Positions 13,390 to 27,255 of a stretch of 64,000 nucleotides of DNA are shown in pieces (position 1 is the first letter of the stretch; each line of letters begins with the position of its first letter). The stretch is taken from the NCBI GenBank assembly GCA_026770705.1, contig JANJGN010000150.1, positions 558,001 to 622,000 on the forward strand, written 5' to 3'. Source of the DNA: Isurus oxyrinchus. Lineage: Eukaryota. Below the pieces are notes generated by a model. That model was not told the origin of the DNA. It saw only the letters and a program-made list of their open reading frames with translations, and made no database searches. Position numbers and translations under genes: made by a program.

Positions 13390-13895
13390 CATTTGATTGG
13401 ATCACGTCCGATCTGTATCTAAACCCCATCCACCCGCCTCGGTTCTGTAACCCTTAACCCCCCGACCCAACAAACATCTCCCAATCTCAGTTTTGAAATT
13501 TACAATTGACCCCTCCCAGTCTCGACAGCTTTTTCTGGGGGAGAGAGTTCCAGATTTCCACCCCCGCTTTGTGTGAAGAAGTGCTTCCTGACATCACCCC
13601 CTGAACGGCCTGGCTCCAATGTTAATGTTCTGCTCCCTTGTTCTGAACCCTCCTCATCTCAACCCCATCAGAGGAAATAGTTTCTCTCTATTGCCCGTAA
13701 CAAAGCCTTTAATGATCTTAAACCCCTCGATTAGATCACCCCTTAATCTTCGAGACTCGAGGGAACACAAGCCTGGTCTGTGCAACCTGTCCTCGGGATT
13801 TAACCCTTTCAGCCCCGGGATCGTTCTGGTGACTCTGCACAGCAGCCCCTCCAAGGACAATATATCCTTCCTAAGCTGCTGGACCCAGAACTGAA
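13390..13895 (-). mobile_element. CR1 LINE 3' fragment
   Basis: CSLESRRLRGDLIEGFKIIKG; related copies at 32460-33160, 31120-31450, 40050-40300, 50950-51520, 5130-5480 and 28590-28940. Confidence 0.85.
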
Positions 13896-14349
13896 ATCAG
13901 TGACACCAGATTGGTTGTGAGGGGATCTTAATAAAACTGTGCCAGACACTTCAAAAATCTCTTCAATTCAACCTTGTAAACGCAGTAGGAAAAATCCCAC
14001 GGGGCCATTGTATCTTAGCAACATCGTAAACTTGGTCAAAAGAATCCCCCTGGTCACTCCTGAGTGTTACTTATATTGTAAACACAACGTTTCCAGCTCC
14101 TCCAGTCTCTGAGAAGCAAAACTAGGACACTAAAGCACCACCACTGGCAGGAGGCTGTAATTACAGTGTGACATGTTTACATGGGAATGTTCCATTACCA
14201 ATGACACAGGAATTTAAATAATCAGAAGGACATGTGACAACAGGAAGTGGTGCCTTGGAGAATGGAATTATTCACTAGAGTACGTATTTAATTTGATAAA
14301 AAATGTACAGAAATGTCAGGGCATTTTAATTGCTTCTTTTTTGTATTTA

Positions 14350-16410
14350 TTCACTGACACTGGCTAGGCCAGAATTTATTGCCCATCCCTAATTGTCCTT
14401 GAGAATATGGGGATGAGCTGCCTTCTTGAACTGCTGCAGTCTCTGTGGTGTAGGTACACCCACAGAACTGTTTGGGAGGGTGTTGCAGGATTCTGACCCA
14501 GCGACAGTGAAGGAACGGTGATATATTTGCAAGTCAGGATGGTGAGTGACTTGGAGGGGAACTTCCAGGTGGTGGTGTTCCCATGTGTCTGCTGCCCTTG
14601 TCCTTCGAGATGGTAGTGATCATGTGTTTGGAAGGTGCTGTCTAAGGAGGCTTGGTGACTCCCTGCATTGCATCTTGTAGATGGTACACACCCTGCTGCC
14701 ACTGTGTGTCAGTTGTAGAGGGAGAGAATGTTTGTGGACGGGGCGCAAATCAAGCAGGGCTGCTTTGTCCTGGACGGTGTCGAGCTTCTTGAGTGTTGTT
14801 GGAGCTGCACTCATCTAGGAAAGTGGAGAGTATTCCATCACTTCTGACCTGTGCCTTGAGGTTGGTGGACAGGATTTGGGGAGTCAGGAGGTGAGTTACT
14901 CACCACAGGATTCCAAGGCTCTGGCCTGCTCTTATAGTCACAGTGTTTATATGGCTAGTACAGTTCAGTTTCTAGTCATTGGTAACCCCCAGAGTGTTGA
15001 TAGTGTGGGATTCAGCAATGGTGATGCTATTGGACATTAAGGGGAGATGGATATATTCTCTCTGGTTGGAAATGGTCATTGCCTGGCACTTGTGTGGCAT
15101 GAATGTTACTTGCCACTTGTCAGGCCAAGCCTGGATATTGTCCAGGTCTTGCTGCATTTGGACATGGACTGCTTCAGCATCTGATGAGTCATGAATGATG
15201 TTGAACGTTGTGCAATCATCAGCGACCTTCCATAATTCTGACCATCTGATAGAATGAATGTCATTGATGAAGCAGCTGAAGTTGGTTGGGCCTAGGACAC
15301 TACACTGAGCAACTCCTGCAGTGATGTCCTGGAACTGAGATGACTGACCTCCAACAACCACAACCACCTTCCTTTGTACTTGGTATGAATCCAACGAGTG
15401 GAGAGTTTTCCCTGTGACATGACATGGCAGATGATGTGTGCTTGGTGCTCCAAATCCACAAGGGAAAATTGGTCACGCTATCACAATAGTTTTGCAATTT
15501 GTATTTATTACAAGAAGCGTGCACTGAATTCAGGAGTAATGAGTTGACCACAACCTTTAGAGATTTTAAAAATTCAATTAAGATATTTATTAACAAAATA
15601 AAAGATTTCAAGCACAGACATAATACCACGGTTAGTTACAGCTAAAATATATATTCTCAAATTCCTAATTAACCTGACTCCCAGTTACATACCCCTTTTA
15701 AGGCAACAGTCCAAAATAAGATTTTAGATTAAAAACAAATCCAGCGAGTTAACACAGCACACACTTGACACTGGAATTCTAAATGGGTTTCTCCAACTTT
15801 ATTTACTGAACATAACAGACTTATGCACAAATGCCTGGAGGCTTCTTCAAGCCTGTTTCACACACTCCTGTTAGATCTTACATGGCCCCCAACATAGCCT
15901 TTCATTCTCCTTTATACATGTTTCTCTCTCATTGATGTGTAAATTCTTTGGAACTGTACCTTTCCCATAATATAAACTTTCATGTTGCCAATATTGTCAA
16001 TGAAGTTTGGGTAAAATTAAAAAAAAACTCCTTAGCTTTGCTTATTGGGCTTGTCCTAAACAGACCAACATCCCTTTGAAATCTAAACAACCCCTTCACA
16101 CCTTACATGCTAAGGTAGCCTCCATGTGTTCTCATTAGCATTTCAAGTACATTTCTACATCTAGCTTCTTTTGATAATCTCAAACTTGCAGTCTACCTGT
16201 CTCCAGATGTAATTAAACTACACAGACAGACCCATCTACACTCACACCCATAAACCTAGTTTACAACAAACCAGGAAAATATTAAGCAAATTATTATACT
16301 TTCGCACCACCCCTGATTCCCATTGACTCCAGTTTTACTCGGGATCCTAGATGCCACACTCGGTCAAATGCAGCCTTGATGTCAAAGGCAGTCACTCTCA
16401 CCTCACCTTG
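14350..16410 (-). mobile_element. CR1/L2-clade LINE fragment with a nested insertion
   Basis: ITAGVAQCSVLGPTNFSCFIND..VADDCT; LKKLDTVQDKAA. Confidence 0.85.
15413..16306. mobile_element. Solo-LTR-like insertion (TGTGA...TCGCA) within the LINE
   Basis: Interrupts the LINE motif gagagttttccc|...|gattcccattgactccag (intact at ~55536-55567); TG...CA ends. Confidence 0.6.
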
Positions 16411-16600
16411 TATTAACAGATGTAAAATTATACATAATTCATAAGCTTCTCACAATCTATAACAGCATGGAAAATGGTGCAGCATTCAGAAAGCTCAGTT
16501 AAAACCAATAAAAAAAAGTTGAGCAACATCATATTTGTGTTCATTACTATTTGGCCATGTTGGCTGCACACACCCCACAGCCCCGCTCCCTGTTTCACAC

Positions 16601-16848
16601 TCAGTTTTTCTGGAACCTGATCTGTGCGTATTCGTGTCCTCGCTCCTGTGCACAGTCCTGTCACCGCTGGGCAGCTTTGAAAAGTTGATGTTGGCGTAGA
16701 AAAGCTCGTCAGGTTTGTCGGAGTTCCCATGTCCAACATCGCCTCCCACTGGACCTTCAGAGAGACCCCGGGGAGCTGGGGTCTCCCCCTCACTAGTTGT
16801 GTCTCTGGTTGTGTTCCGGGGCTCAGTAATCAGCACGTTCTGTTTACC
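16601..16848 (-). CDS. Gene D last cytoplasmic exon: ITIM (LFYANI) plus ITSM-like (T)EYAQI reached only after a 1-nt frameshift
   Basis: Acceptor ctgtag, phase 0. GKQNVLITEP...DELFYANINFSKLP...RSED, then AC GAA TAC GCA CAG ATC AGG TTC CAG AAA AAC TGA. Uncorrected, the frame runs on to 16495. Confidence 0.85.
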
Positions 16849-17309
16849 CTACAGAGAAATAGAAACAGAAGACATCCTCACATCATTTACTGGTACTGAT
16901 AGGGTTAAATTATTCTGCAGCCTCGTTACTGTCAGTCATGTCTCAATGGGTTTAACCCTCTTTTTCACTCTCTTTCTCTGTCTCATTTTTTTCAATCTCT
17001 TTCTCTGTCTCTCTTTCTGTCTCTCTCTCTTGCTTTCTCTCTCTATTTATCATGTAATCTCTCTCGCTATCGCAGACCTGAGTCTTGAAGTCCTATGTTA
17101 CCATCCCAATCATGAGATTTGTGCCCCATTATTCACAAACACAGACACACAAAGAACCTCACGCCAATGAAGGAATTTTATTGAAGGGCGACACTGCTAC
17201 AGTGTTGGAAATGTGGCCATGGGACCAGGTAAGATGGTAAACATGGTCAGCATTATACAACTATTCTGAAAGAGGCACCTCGAACACTGCAATGTTCTCT
17301 CAGTGCTCT

Positions 17310-17685
17310 CTGCTGACAGTGCAGCACTCCCTCGGAACTGCCCCTTCAAGAGGGCAGCACCCCTTGAAAATGGACTCTTTGACAGTGCAGCACTCACTCA
17401 GTACTGTCCTCAGTACTGACCATCCGACAGTGCAGCATTCCCTCTGTACTGACCCTCCGACAGTGCAGCACTCCCTCAGTACTGACCGTCCGACAGTCCA
17501 GCACTCCCTCAGTACTGACCCTATGACAGCGCAGCACTCCCTCAGTACTGACCCTCTGACAGTCTAGCTCTCCCTCAGTACAGACCCTCTGACAGTGCAA
17601 CACTCCCTCAGTACTGACCTTCTGACACTCCAGCACTCCCTCAGCACAGACCCTAGGACAGTGCAGCACTCCCTCACTACTGACA
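17310..17685 (+). repeat. 33-bp satellite
   Basis: Same unit. Confidence 0.9.
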
Positions 17686-17896
17686 TCAGGTGCCTTGTCA
17701 TTATTGCGTTCAGGTTTCTGGTCAAAGAGCGAGTGATGGAGGGAAGAGGGGGAGGGAGCGAGAGACAATGCTACCTACTGAGCCATATCTGACTACACAG
17801 GTAGATATCTGTGGGTAACCTGGCTGGGAATCTGGGACACGTGTTGTCTACACACTGAGATTGAAGCTTTGGAGTGTGTGTAAACAGCTCCTGTAC

Positions 17897-17978
17897 CTGG
17901 TGTTTCACAGAGAGTGGACTGGGGGTCAATGCAATGTCACTGGTCCCTGAAACTCTCTCCTCCATCGCTGTCTTTCTC
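17897..17978 (-). CDS. Gene D first cytoplasmic exon (RKTAMEERVSGTSDIALTPSPLSVKHQ)
   Basis: Acceptor ttgcag, donor CAG|gtacag. 82 nt, phase 2 to 0, bridging the TM and last exons. Confidence 0.85.
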
Positions 17979-18519
17979 CTGCAATAACACAATATCACAC
18001 TGTGGTTATCATATAGCAGAGAGTCAGTGCAGCACAGACACAGAGCCCAGTGTAACCTTACACCAACGACTGGACTGTCTCTAGTTCCAATAAGGGATAT
18101 CAGCGTGACATCACTATAATGGAAGTGTGTCATGTGATCCAATCTTAGTTTGACTTTTGCTTTGAGCAGAACACACACTCACAGCTCTGATGCCTTCAAT
18201 CTTTCTCCATATGTATAACTGTTCTCGTGCCGAGTCTTGATAAACAAATCATTAACATTCTCACCCAATCCCTGTGAGCGATTGGTGCTTTGTTTCTTGT
18301 ACAATAAATAAGCCTAAGGTATAATATCATTATAATGACACGCCATATCTTTGACCCCCCCTCCACCCCTGCTCTTCCCCCCATAGCCCTTCAAATGTTC
18401 CCCCTTCAAGTATTTATCCAATTCCCCTTTTGAAAGATCCTATTAAATCTGCTTCCAGCGCCCTTTCAGGCAGCACCTTCCAGATCACAGCAACTGATTA
18501 TTATTCATCTGGATAACGG

Positions 18520-19010
18520 GCAATGAAAAACACTGTCTGGATCGTAAGGGACAAAAGAGACCAGTTACGGAGAGGCATCTGGCGCTTAACACAAGGGAAA
18601 CAATCACCGACTTCAGGAAAGAACATTGAAGCAAATATTTATCCAGGAGTAATCGTGCAGAGTGAGGAATCTCTGGGTCTCGTGATTGTTTACTGGATAC
18701 AGGACAATGAAAGGTTCTCTCCGGATCATAGTGGACACAGGGACCAGTTACGGAGAGGGACCTGGTGCTGATCCCAAGGGAAACAATCACCGACTTAAGG
18801 AAAGAACATTGAAGCAAATATTTATCCCGGAGTAATCGTGCAGAGTGAGGAATCTCTGGGTCTCGTGATTGTTTACCTGGATACAGGACAATGAAAGGTT
18901 CTCTCCGGATCAGAGTGGACACAGGGATCACTTACAGAGAGGGACCTGGTGCTGATCCCAAGGGAAACAATCACCGACTTAAGGAAAGAACATTGAAGCA
19001 AATGTTTATA
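18520..19010. repeat. ~183-bp tandem repeat (~2.7 copies) in a gene D intron
   Basis: caatcaccgactt recurs at 18601, 18784 and 18968. Confidence 0.88.
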
Positions 19011-19039
19011 TTAAAATCAAGTTAAATCTTCAGACTTAC

Positions 19040-19136
19040 TTTCTCACACAGATGAAGATGAAGATTCCAGCCAGGAAAACACTCAACATGATCCCAGCCG
19101 TGAACAATCCTACTGTCCATTTACTGGAGTCTCTAC
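19040..19136 (-). CDS. Gene D transmembrane exon (RDSSKWTVGLFTAGIMLSVFLAGIFIFICVRK)
   Basis: ttttacag / gtaagt, 97 nt, phase 1 to 2, uncharged hydrophobic helix. Confidence 0.9.
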
Positions 19137-19946
19137 CTGTAAAAACAGCCATTAATTACTGCACTACAGGTTTACAATGATGCTCCGATGTATCTCGAGA
19201 AGCGATACACTCACTCAGTGTTTAAATACTCATTCTCGGGCAATGCTGACATTTATTGTCCATCCCTAGTTTCCCCTTGAGAAGGTGGTGGGGGGTCTTC
19301 CTCCTGAACCACTGGTTTGTCCCAAACTGGGAGACCAGTTCAGAGGGCAGGTGTGAGTTAACCATGTTGGTGTCTGAGACTGGAGTCACATCCACATCGA
19401 GACATGCTTCCCTCCCTAAAGGGTATGTAGTCTCTACACATGTAACAACCAACCTCACTGAAATAATCGACTATCAGGTCATTATCACACGGTGGTTTGC
19501 GGGATCTTGCTGTGCACAAATCAGTACCTGTGTTTCCTACATTACAACAGTGAGCTCACTTCGATAATGCTGCATTGGCTGTTGAATGTTTAGTAATTTC
19601 TAAGCAATTTATGAATACAATAGTTGCATTTCAACATGTAACATTTATATATAATATTTATCAATTCAAGAATGAGAAGTTCAGCAATTAAAAGGGTTGT
19701 TCAGGACAGTTAGAGAGAGAAAGGTCGTCAAGTATGGAGATTGGAAACGAAGACCTGACAGCCTTGTCCTGACAACCATTGAAGGAGAAACTGAGAGCAA
19801 AAACAGAAAGGAAGAGGAAAAATTGGATGTGTGGATAACGTGGACTGAGCGAGGATTGAAGAAAACTGGATTAAAAACAACACGATCCCAATGGCTCCAC
19901 GGAGACCACGGAGACAACAAACAAACAAATGTATCTCCACACTCAC

Positions 19947-20228
19947 ATTCCACAGTGATGGTTATGAACCCCTCCACTGCTCCATGTTCATTCTCTGCCA
20001 CACACTGATAGTCTCCAGTGTCCCTGGATGTAACGTGAGGAATCACCAACCACAGCTCATTGTTGGAACTTGTTCTGTTCATTGGGACATTAAGATGTCG
20101 CCACGTCAGGTTAGAAGCTGGGAAGCTCTCGACAGAGCAGATTATCACTGCAGAATTCCCCTCAATTATATTGATTGATGAAGCGTAAATCATATTAAGC
20201 GAAGTAAATGAGAGATCCTGTGGTGCAT
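19947..20228 (-). CDS. Gene D C2/I-set Ig exon 4
   Basis: 282 nt, phase 1-1; CSVESFP..LTW..DTGDYQC. Confidence 0.9.
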
Positions 20229-20915
20229 CTAAAAACAAATCAAGTGTTTAATGTGAGCAAGCACAGTTTACAGCAAGACTCCATGCATCATCTCTCTGTA
20301 TCTGATGTCTGAATGCATAGCCAGGTCCCTCCACTCCATATAACTTCCATTGTCAAATTTATAGTGGGCACTGCCTATGTAAACTGTCAAACTGCAGTTA
20401 CATTCTCCCACCAGTAGAGGTGCTGTCCACCTAGAATGAAAGAAACTTTCACATCCTCAGGATATACCCAAGGGCTTGACAGGCAATGATTGTATTTGAT
20501 TGATGGAGCACTGAGGGGTAAATCTACAATTCTCTGTTCAGGAGGTTGCTCATCCAATTCAGGGTCTTGTTGATCTGGAGTTTACCTTCCTTCAACACAG
20601 AATCAGAGCTGATACCGAGACTCCAGTGCAGCACTGAGAGAGGACAGGGAACTCACACATGTGTTTGTGTTTGTGTGTTTTAGTGTGTTTGTGTTTCTGC
20701 ACAAGAGAGTATGTTTATGTGTGCGTGTGTGTATGTGTTTGTGCATGTGTGCGTGTGCCTGTTTGTATACATCTGTGCATGAGTGAGTGTGTGCATGTGT
20801 ATGTCTATGTGTGTGCACATGTGACTGTGTGTGTGAGTTGAGTGTGTGTTTGTTTCTGTGTATGTGTTTCAACATGCATCACTGTGTTTAAGTGTGCGTG
20901 TATGTGTCTACACAT

Positions 20916-20948
<33 letters not shown>

Positions 20949-20974
20949 TGATGTTGAAGTTTGCAGTAACTCAC

Positions 20975-21256
20975 GTTCCACAGTGATGGTTATGAATCCC
21001 TCCACTGCTCCATGTTCATTCTCTGCCACACACTGATAGTCTCCAGTGTCCCTGGATGTAACGTGAGGAATCACCAACCACAGCTCATTGTTGGAACTTG
21101 TTCTGTTCATTGGGACATTAAGATGTCGCCACGTCAGGTTAGAAGCTGGGAAGCTCTCGACGGAGCAGATTATCACTGCAGAATTCCCCTCAATTATATT
21201 GATCAATGAAGCGTTAATCATATCAAGAGAATTAATTGAGAGATTCTGTGGTGCGT
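20975..21256 (-). CDS. Gene D C2/I-set Ig exon 3
   Basis: 282 nt, phase 1-1, canonical ag/gt. Confidence 0.9.
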
Positions 21257-21681
21257 CTAAAAACAAATAAAGATTTTAATGTGAGCAAGCACAGTGCACA
21301 GCAAGACTCCATGCATCATCTCTCTGTATCTGATGTTGGAATGCTTTTCCAGGTACCTTCCCTCATGAAAAATTACTGTCATATTTATAATGGGCGCTTC
21401 CTATGTAAACTGTCACACGGCAGTTGCTTTCTCCCACCAGTAGAGTTGCTAACTGTCTAGAATGAAAGAAACATCCTTTAACACTCTCAAGATGTCCCCA
21501 AAGGCTTGACAGGCAATGAATTGTATTTGATCGATGGAGAACTGAGGGGTAAATCTACTGTTCAGGAAGTTGCTCATCCAATTCAGGGTCTTGCTGATCT
21601 GGAGTTTACCTTCCTTCAGCACAGAATCGGAGCTGATACCAAGACTCCAGTGCAGCACTGAGAGAGGAGAGGCCGCGCATA

Positions 21682-21722
<41 letters not shown>

Positions 21723-22020
21723 GCAAGTGAGTTTGTATTTGTGTGTATGCGCGTGTCTGTCAGCGCATATGTGGGTGTGTGTGTGTGTGTGTCTGTGTGT
21801 GTGTCTGTGTGTGTATGTCTGTGCTTGAGGGAGTGTGTGTGCATATGTGTGTCTATGTGTGCGCATGAATGATTGTATGTGTGAGTTGAGTTTGTGTGTG
21901 TTTCTGTGTATGTGTTTGAACGTATGTTTGTGTGTAAGCGTGCATGTTTGTGTCTACACATGAGTGTTTTTGCATGTGTGAGTATGTGTGTGAGAGATGT
22001 TGAAGTCTGTGTACACTCAC

Positions 22021-22302
22021 ATTCCACAGTGATGGTTATGAATCCCTCCACTGCTCCATGTTCATTCTCTGCCACACACTGATAGTCTCCAGTGTCCCTG
22101 GATGTAACGTGAGGAATCACCAACCACAGCTCATTGTAGCAACTTGTTTTGTTCATTGGGACATTAAGATGTCGCCACGTCAGGTTAGAAGCTGGGAAGC
22201 TCTCGACAGAGCAGATTATCACTGCAGAATTCCCCTCAATTATATTGATCGATGAAGCATTAATCATTTCAAGAGAAGTAAATGAGAGATCCTGTGGTGA
22301 AT
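22021..22302 (-). CDS. Gene D C2/I-set Ig exon 2 (extra Cys, NKTSCYNEL)
   Basis: 282 nt, phase 1-1, canonical ag/gt. Confidence 0.9.
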
Positions 22303-23072
22303 CTAAGAACAAATCAAGTGTTTAATGTGAGCAAGCAGCGTGCACAGCAAGACTCCATGCATCATCTCTCTGTATCTGATGTCTGTATGCATTTCCAGAT
22401 ACCTTCCCTCCATATAACTTCCACTGTCAAATTTATAATGGGCACTGCCGATGTAAACAGTCAAACTACAGTTACATTCTCCCACCAGTAGAGGTGCTGT
22501 CCACCTAGAATGAAAGAAACTTTCACATCCTCAGGATTTTGCCAAGGGATTTACGGGAATGAATTGTATTTGATCGATGGAGCACTGAGGGGTAAATCTA
22601 CAATTCTCTGTTCAGGAGGTTGCTCATCCAGTTCAGGGTCTTGTTGATCTGGAGTTTACCTTCCTTCAACACAGAATCGGAGCTGACACCGAGACTCCAG
22701 TGCAGACCTGAGAGAGAAGAGGGACCTCACCCGTGTTTATGTGTATGTGTTTGTGTTTCTACATATGTGAGTATGTTTGTGTGAGTATGCATGCATGTGT
22801 CTGTGTGTGCATGTGTGTATGTGTTTGCGCAAATGTGCGTGTGTCTTTGTGTATATTTCTGTGCATAAGTGAATGTGTGTACATGTGTGTGTGCATGTGT
22901 GTGTCTTTGTGTGCGCATGAATGTTTGTATGTGTGAGTTGAGTTTGTGTGTGTTTCTGTGTATGTGTTTGAACGTATGTTTGTGTGTAAGCGTGCATGTT
23001 TGTGTCTACACATGAGTGTTTTTGCATGTGTGAGTGTGTGTGTGAGAGATGTTGAAGTCTGTGTACACTCAC

Positions 23073-23354
23073 ATTCCACAGTGATGGTGATGAATCCCTC
23101 CACTGCTCCATGTTCATTCTCTGCCACACACTGATAGTCTCCAGTGTCCCTGGATGTAACGTGAGGAATCACCAACCACAGCTCATTGTTGCAACTTGTT
23201 CTGTTCATTGGGACATTAAGATGTCGCCACGTCAGGTTAGAAGCTGGGAACCTCTCGACAGAGCAGATTATCACTGCAGAATTCCCCTCAATTATATTGA
23301 TCGATGAAGCATTAATCATTTCAAGAGAAGTAAATGTGAGATTCTGTGGAGCAT
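23073..23354 (-). CDS. Gene D C2/I-set Ig exon 1 (extra Cys, NRTSCNNEL); no leader or V exon found upstream
   Basis: 282 nt, phase 1-1, canonical ag/gt. Confidence 0.9.
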
Positions 23355-26300
23355 CTAAGAACAAATCAAGTGTTTAATGTGAGCAAGCAGCGTGCACAGC
23401 AAGACTCCATGCATCATCTCTCTGTATCTGATGTCTGTATGCATTTCCAGATACCTTCCCTCCATATAACTTCCACTGTCAAATTTATAATGGGCACTGC
23501 CGATGTAAACAGTCAAACTACAGTTACATTCTCCCACCAGTAGAGGTGCTGTCCACCTAGAATGAAAGAAACTTTCACATCCTCAGGATTTTGCCAAGGG
23601 ATTTACGGGAATGAATTGTATTTGATCGATGGAGCACTGAGGGGTAAATCTACAATTCTCTGTTCAGGAGGTTGCTCATCCAGTTCAGGGTCTTGTTGAT
23701 CTGGAGTTTACCTTCCTTCAACACAGAATCGGAGCTGACACCGAGACTCCAGTGCAGACCTGAGAGAGAAGAGGGACCTCACCCGTGTTTATGTGTATGT
23801 GTTTGTGTTTCTACATATGTGAGTATGTTTGTGTGAGTATGCATGCATGTGTCTGTGTGTGCATGTGTGTATGTGTTTGCGCAAATGTGCGTGTGTCTTT
23901 GTGTATATTTCTGTGCATAAGTGAATGTGTGTACATGTGTATGTGTATGTGTGTGCATGTGTGAGTGTGTGTGTGTGAGTTGAGTGTGTGTATGTTTCTG
24001 TGTAGGTTTTTGCACGTGTATGACTGTGTGTAAATGTGCATGTATGTGCCTACACATGAGTGTGTGTGTGTGTGTGTGTGTACATGTGTGCATGTGGATT
24101 GTCGCATCTTTATTATTAACGTTATTTAAAAATAGTGATCACACAAGCCTGGCTTCTAAGGAGATGAAACTGCAAACAATTTACAGTAAAGTGAAATGTA
24201 CAGGAATAATCTATTTATTTTGAGTTGATGATATATAATTATACATGAGGCATGTTGCTAATTTCAAACATCATCTGAAATATGGCAGGTCTGACAGAGC
24301 AGCATTCCCTCAGTGTCCACCCTCTGACAGTGCAGCACTCCCTCAGCATTGACGCTTTGAGAGTGCAGCACTCCTTCAGTATTGACCCTCTGGAAGTGCA
24401 GCACTCCCTCAGTGTTAACCCTCCAACAGTGCAGCACTCCTTGAGTACTGACCCTCTGACAGTTCAGCACTGCCTCAGTACTGACCCTTTGATAGAGCAG
24501 GGTTTCCCTCAGTACTGACCTCCTGACAGTGCAGCACTCCCTCAGTACTGACCCTCTGACAGTGCAGCACTCCCTCAATACTGACCCTCCAACAGTGCAG
24601 CACTCCCTCAGCACTCCCTCACTGGGGAGAGTCCATCTGGGTTTTGAGCTGAAACCTTGAGACGGTTTGAAAACCCCAACCTGCTGTCTTGGAGAGAGAG
24701 AGAGAGAGAGTGAGTGCGTGTGTGAGAAAGAGTGACAATGTGTGTGTGAGAGAGTGACAGTGCGTATGTGTGCGAGAGAGAAGGATAGAGAGAAAGAGAA
24801 AATGTGTGAGAGAGCAAAAGAGAGGTAGAGTGTGTACGCATGAGAGAGCGAAGTAGCTGAATTGTGTGAGAGAGAGAGTGTGTGTGAGAGAAAGGGAATG
24901 TCTGTGTTAGAGAGAGAGCTTATGTGTGAGAGAGAAAGAAAGAGAGAGAATCTGTGAGTGTTAGATAGTGTGCGTGTGAAAGAGAGAGTGTGTATGTGAG
25001 AGAGCGTGTGCGTGAGACCGTGTGTGTGTGTGTGTTTGAGAGAGAGGGTGTATGTGTTTGAGAGAAGGAGTGTGCGAGAGAGGGTGTGTGTATTTGAGAG
25101 GGAGTGTGTGTGTTTAAAAGAATGAACAAGAGAAAATGTGTGTACGTGTGTGTGTGTGTGTCTGCGTGTGCATTCTGACTGAGCCGAGTTTACAGTTTCA
25201 CACGTTGCTAGGGACCACTTTTCTGCCTCTCTGTCAGACTGTGTGTATCTGACAGCAGGTCAGGCAGGAATAGTCCAGAATGCGCTGTGGTTTTGTAGCA
25301 TTGAAACAACGACATGAACTAATTGAGTGCTGCACCAAATAAAGACATGGAGTGACCACACCAAAAAACCACGTGACTTCCCCAGTTTCACATCTCTCTC
25401 AAACACAGAAAAACTGGGTTAACACTGACCCTCCTCCCAGAGCCAGTTCACCTCGTGTCCGATGCAGTCAGGAGAGGAAGATCATCTCTCCTCCGATCCT
25501 GCTAAACTGAACATTTCCAGAATTAGATCAGCTCCCTGAAGTGTCTCCAGTTAGACATTCATCTGACAGGATTGACTCTACAACCCTGGGGACTCATTCT
25601 CCTGTAAGTAAAACACTTGCTGCTCCTGTCAAATCTCTTCTGTACAGCATGGTCTCTGGATGTCCCAGAACACTTTACAGTTGAGTTCACCCTTTTTTCG
25701 AAGTGTGGTTACTGTTGTAATGTAGGAAACGCAGCAGCCAATTAGCGCACAGCAAGCTCCCACAAACAGCAATGTGATCATCTGTTTTTGGTGATGTTGG
25801 TTGAGGGATAAATACTGGTCCCAGGACACCGGGGAGATCTCCCCCCTGCTCTTCCTCCAAATAGTGGCTGTGGGATCTTTCACACCTGCCCGAGAGGGCA
25901 GACGGGGGTCTCGGTTTAGTGTCTAATATTGGACTAATCTCCAGGCGAGGTTGGCTGGATGGATTATTGACAAGGTCCATTCACCCTGTAAAGAGTTTCT
26001 CTGGTTTGAAATACCCGATCAAACATCGAGTTCTGTGTCTAAACCTTGTGTTGAAAAGACACCTTTCCAGCTCTTCACCTGCCATTAGCTTGTTGAGTCT
26101 TCACATGCTCTGTCTGTCCGTAACCAACCCCTCTTAACTCATCCTTTCCTTGTCGTACATCGAGCTGTTCATCCTGACGGGTTCCATCCTTCCCAGTAAC
26201 ACTCCAACTCCGACATCAAACTAACTCCCAACACGTTGATGAATTGCATGGATTCCAGCGTCAGTTGGTTCTGTCTGAGGCTGTTTCTCTGATCGGGGAC

Positions 26301-26689
26301 CGAGCTGTTCTGAACGGACATTGTGTTCAGCAGTTCTTATTGCAGATCAGGCTGTTCAACCAATGCTGCTGTTCACTGAGGTGACTTCGATTCTACATTC
26401 ACACATTAATGATCTCATGTCCAGCAGCAAACATCTGAATGAAGCCAGGTTCAAGAAAAATCCCAGCTGCTTGATCCGACAGTTATCTGTTCAGGCATGG
26501 CCCCTTGTTCCAAATAACAAACATTATTTAAAAATAGTCATCACATGAGCCTGGTTAACAAGGAAATGAAACCATGAACAATTTGCAGTAAAGTGAAACG
26601 TACAGGACTAATCTATTTATATTGAGCTGATGATATAGAATTTTAGATGAGGCATGTTGCTAATTTCAAACATCATCTGAATTACGGTA

Positions 26690-27255
26690 GTTCTGACAGT
26701 GCAGCACTCCCTCAGTACTGACCCTTTGACAGTGCAGCACTCCCTCAGTACTGACCCTCTGACAGTGCAGCACTCCCTCAGTACTGACCCTCCGACAGTG
26801 CAGCACTCCCTCAGTACTGACCCTCTGACAGTGCAGCACTCCCTCAGTACTGACACTCTGACAGTGCAGCACTCCCTCAGTACTGACCCTCTGACAGTGC
26901 AGCACTCCCTCAGCACTGACCCTCCGACAGTGCAGCACTCCCTCAGTACTGATCCTCTGACCGTGCAGCACTCCCTCAGTACTGACACTCTGACAGTGCA
27001 GCACTCCCTTAGTACTGACCCATTGACAGTACAGCACTCCCTCAGTACTGACCCTCTGACTGTACAGCACTCCCTCAGTACTGACCCTCCGACAGTGCAG
27101 CACTCCCTCAGGACTGACCCTCTGACTGTACAGCACTCCCTCAGTACTGACCCTCTGACAGTGCAGCACTCCCTCAGCCCTGACCCTCTGACAGTGCAGC
27201 ACTCCCTCAGCACTGACCCTCTGACAGTGCAGCACCCCCTGAGCACTCCCTCACT
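26690..27255 (+). repeat. 33-bp satellite
   Basis: About 17 units. Confidence 0.92.

Larger units (their letters stand above)
19947..24090 (-). repeat. Tandem ~1.03-1.05-kb exon+intron units (4 copies)
   Basis: Exon starts at 20228, 21256, 22302 and 23354; spacers from 22303 and 23355 are nearly identical. Confidence 0.92.
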
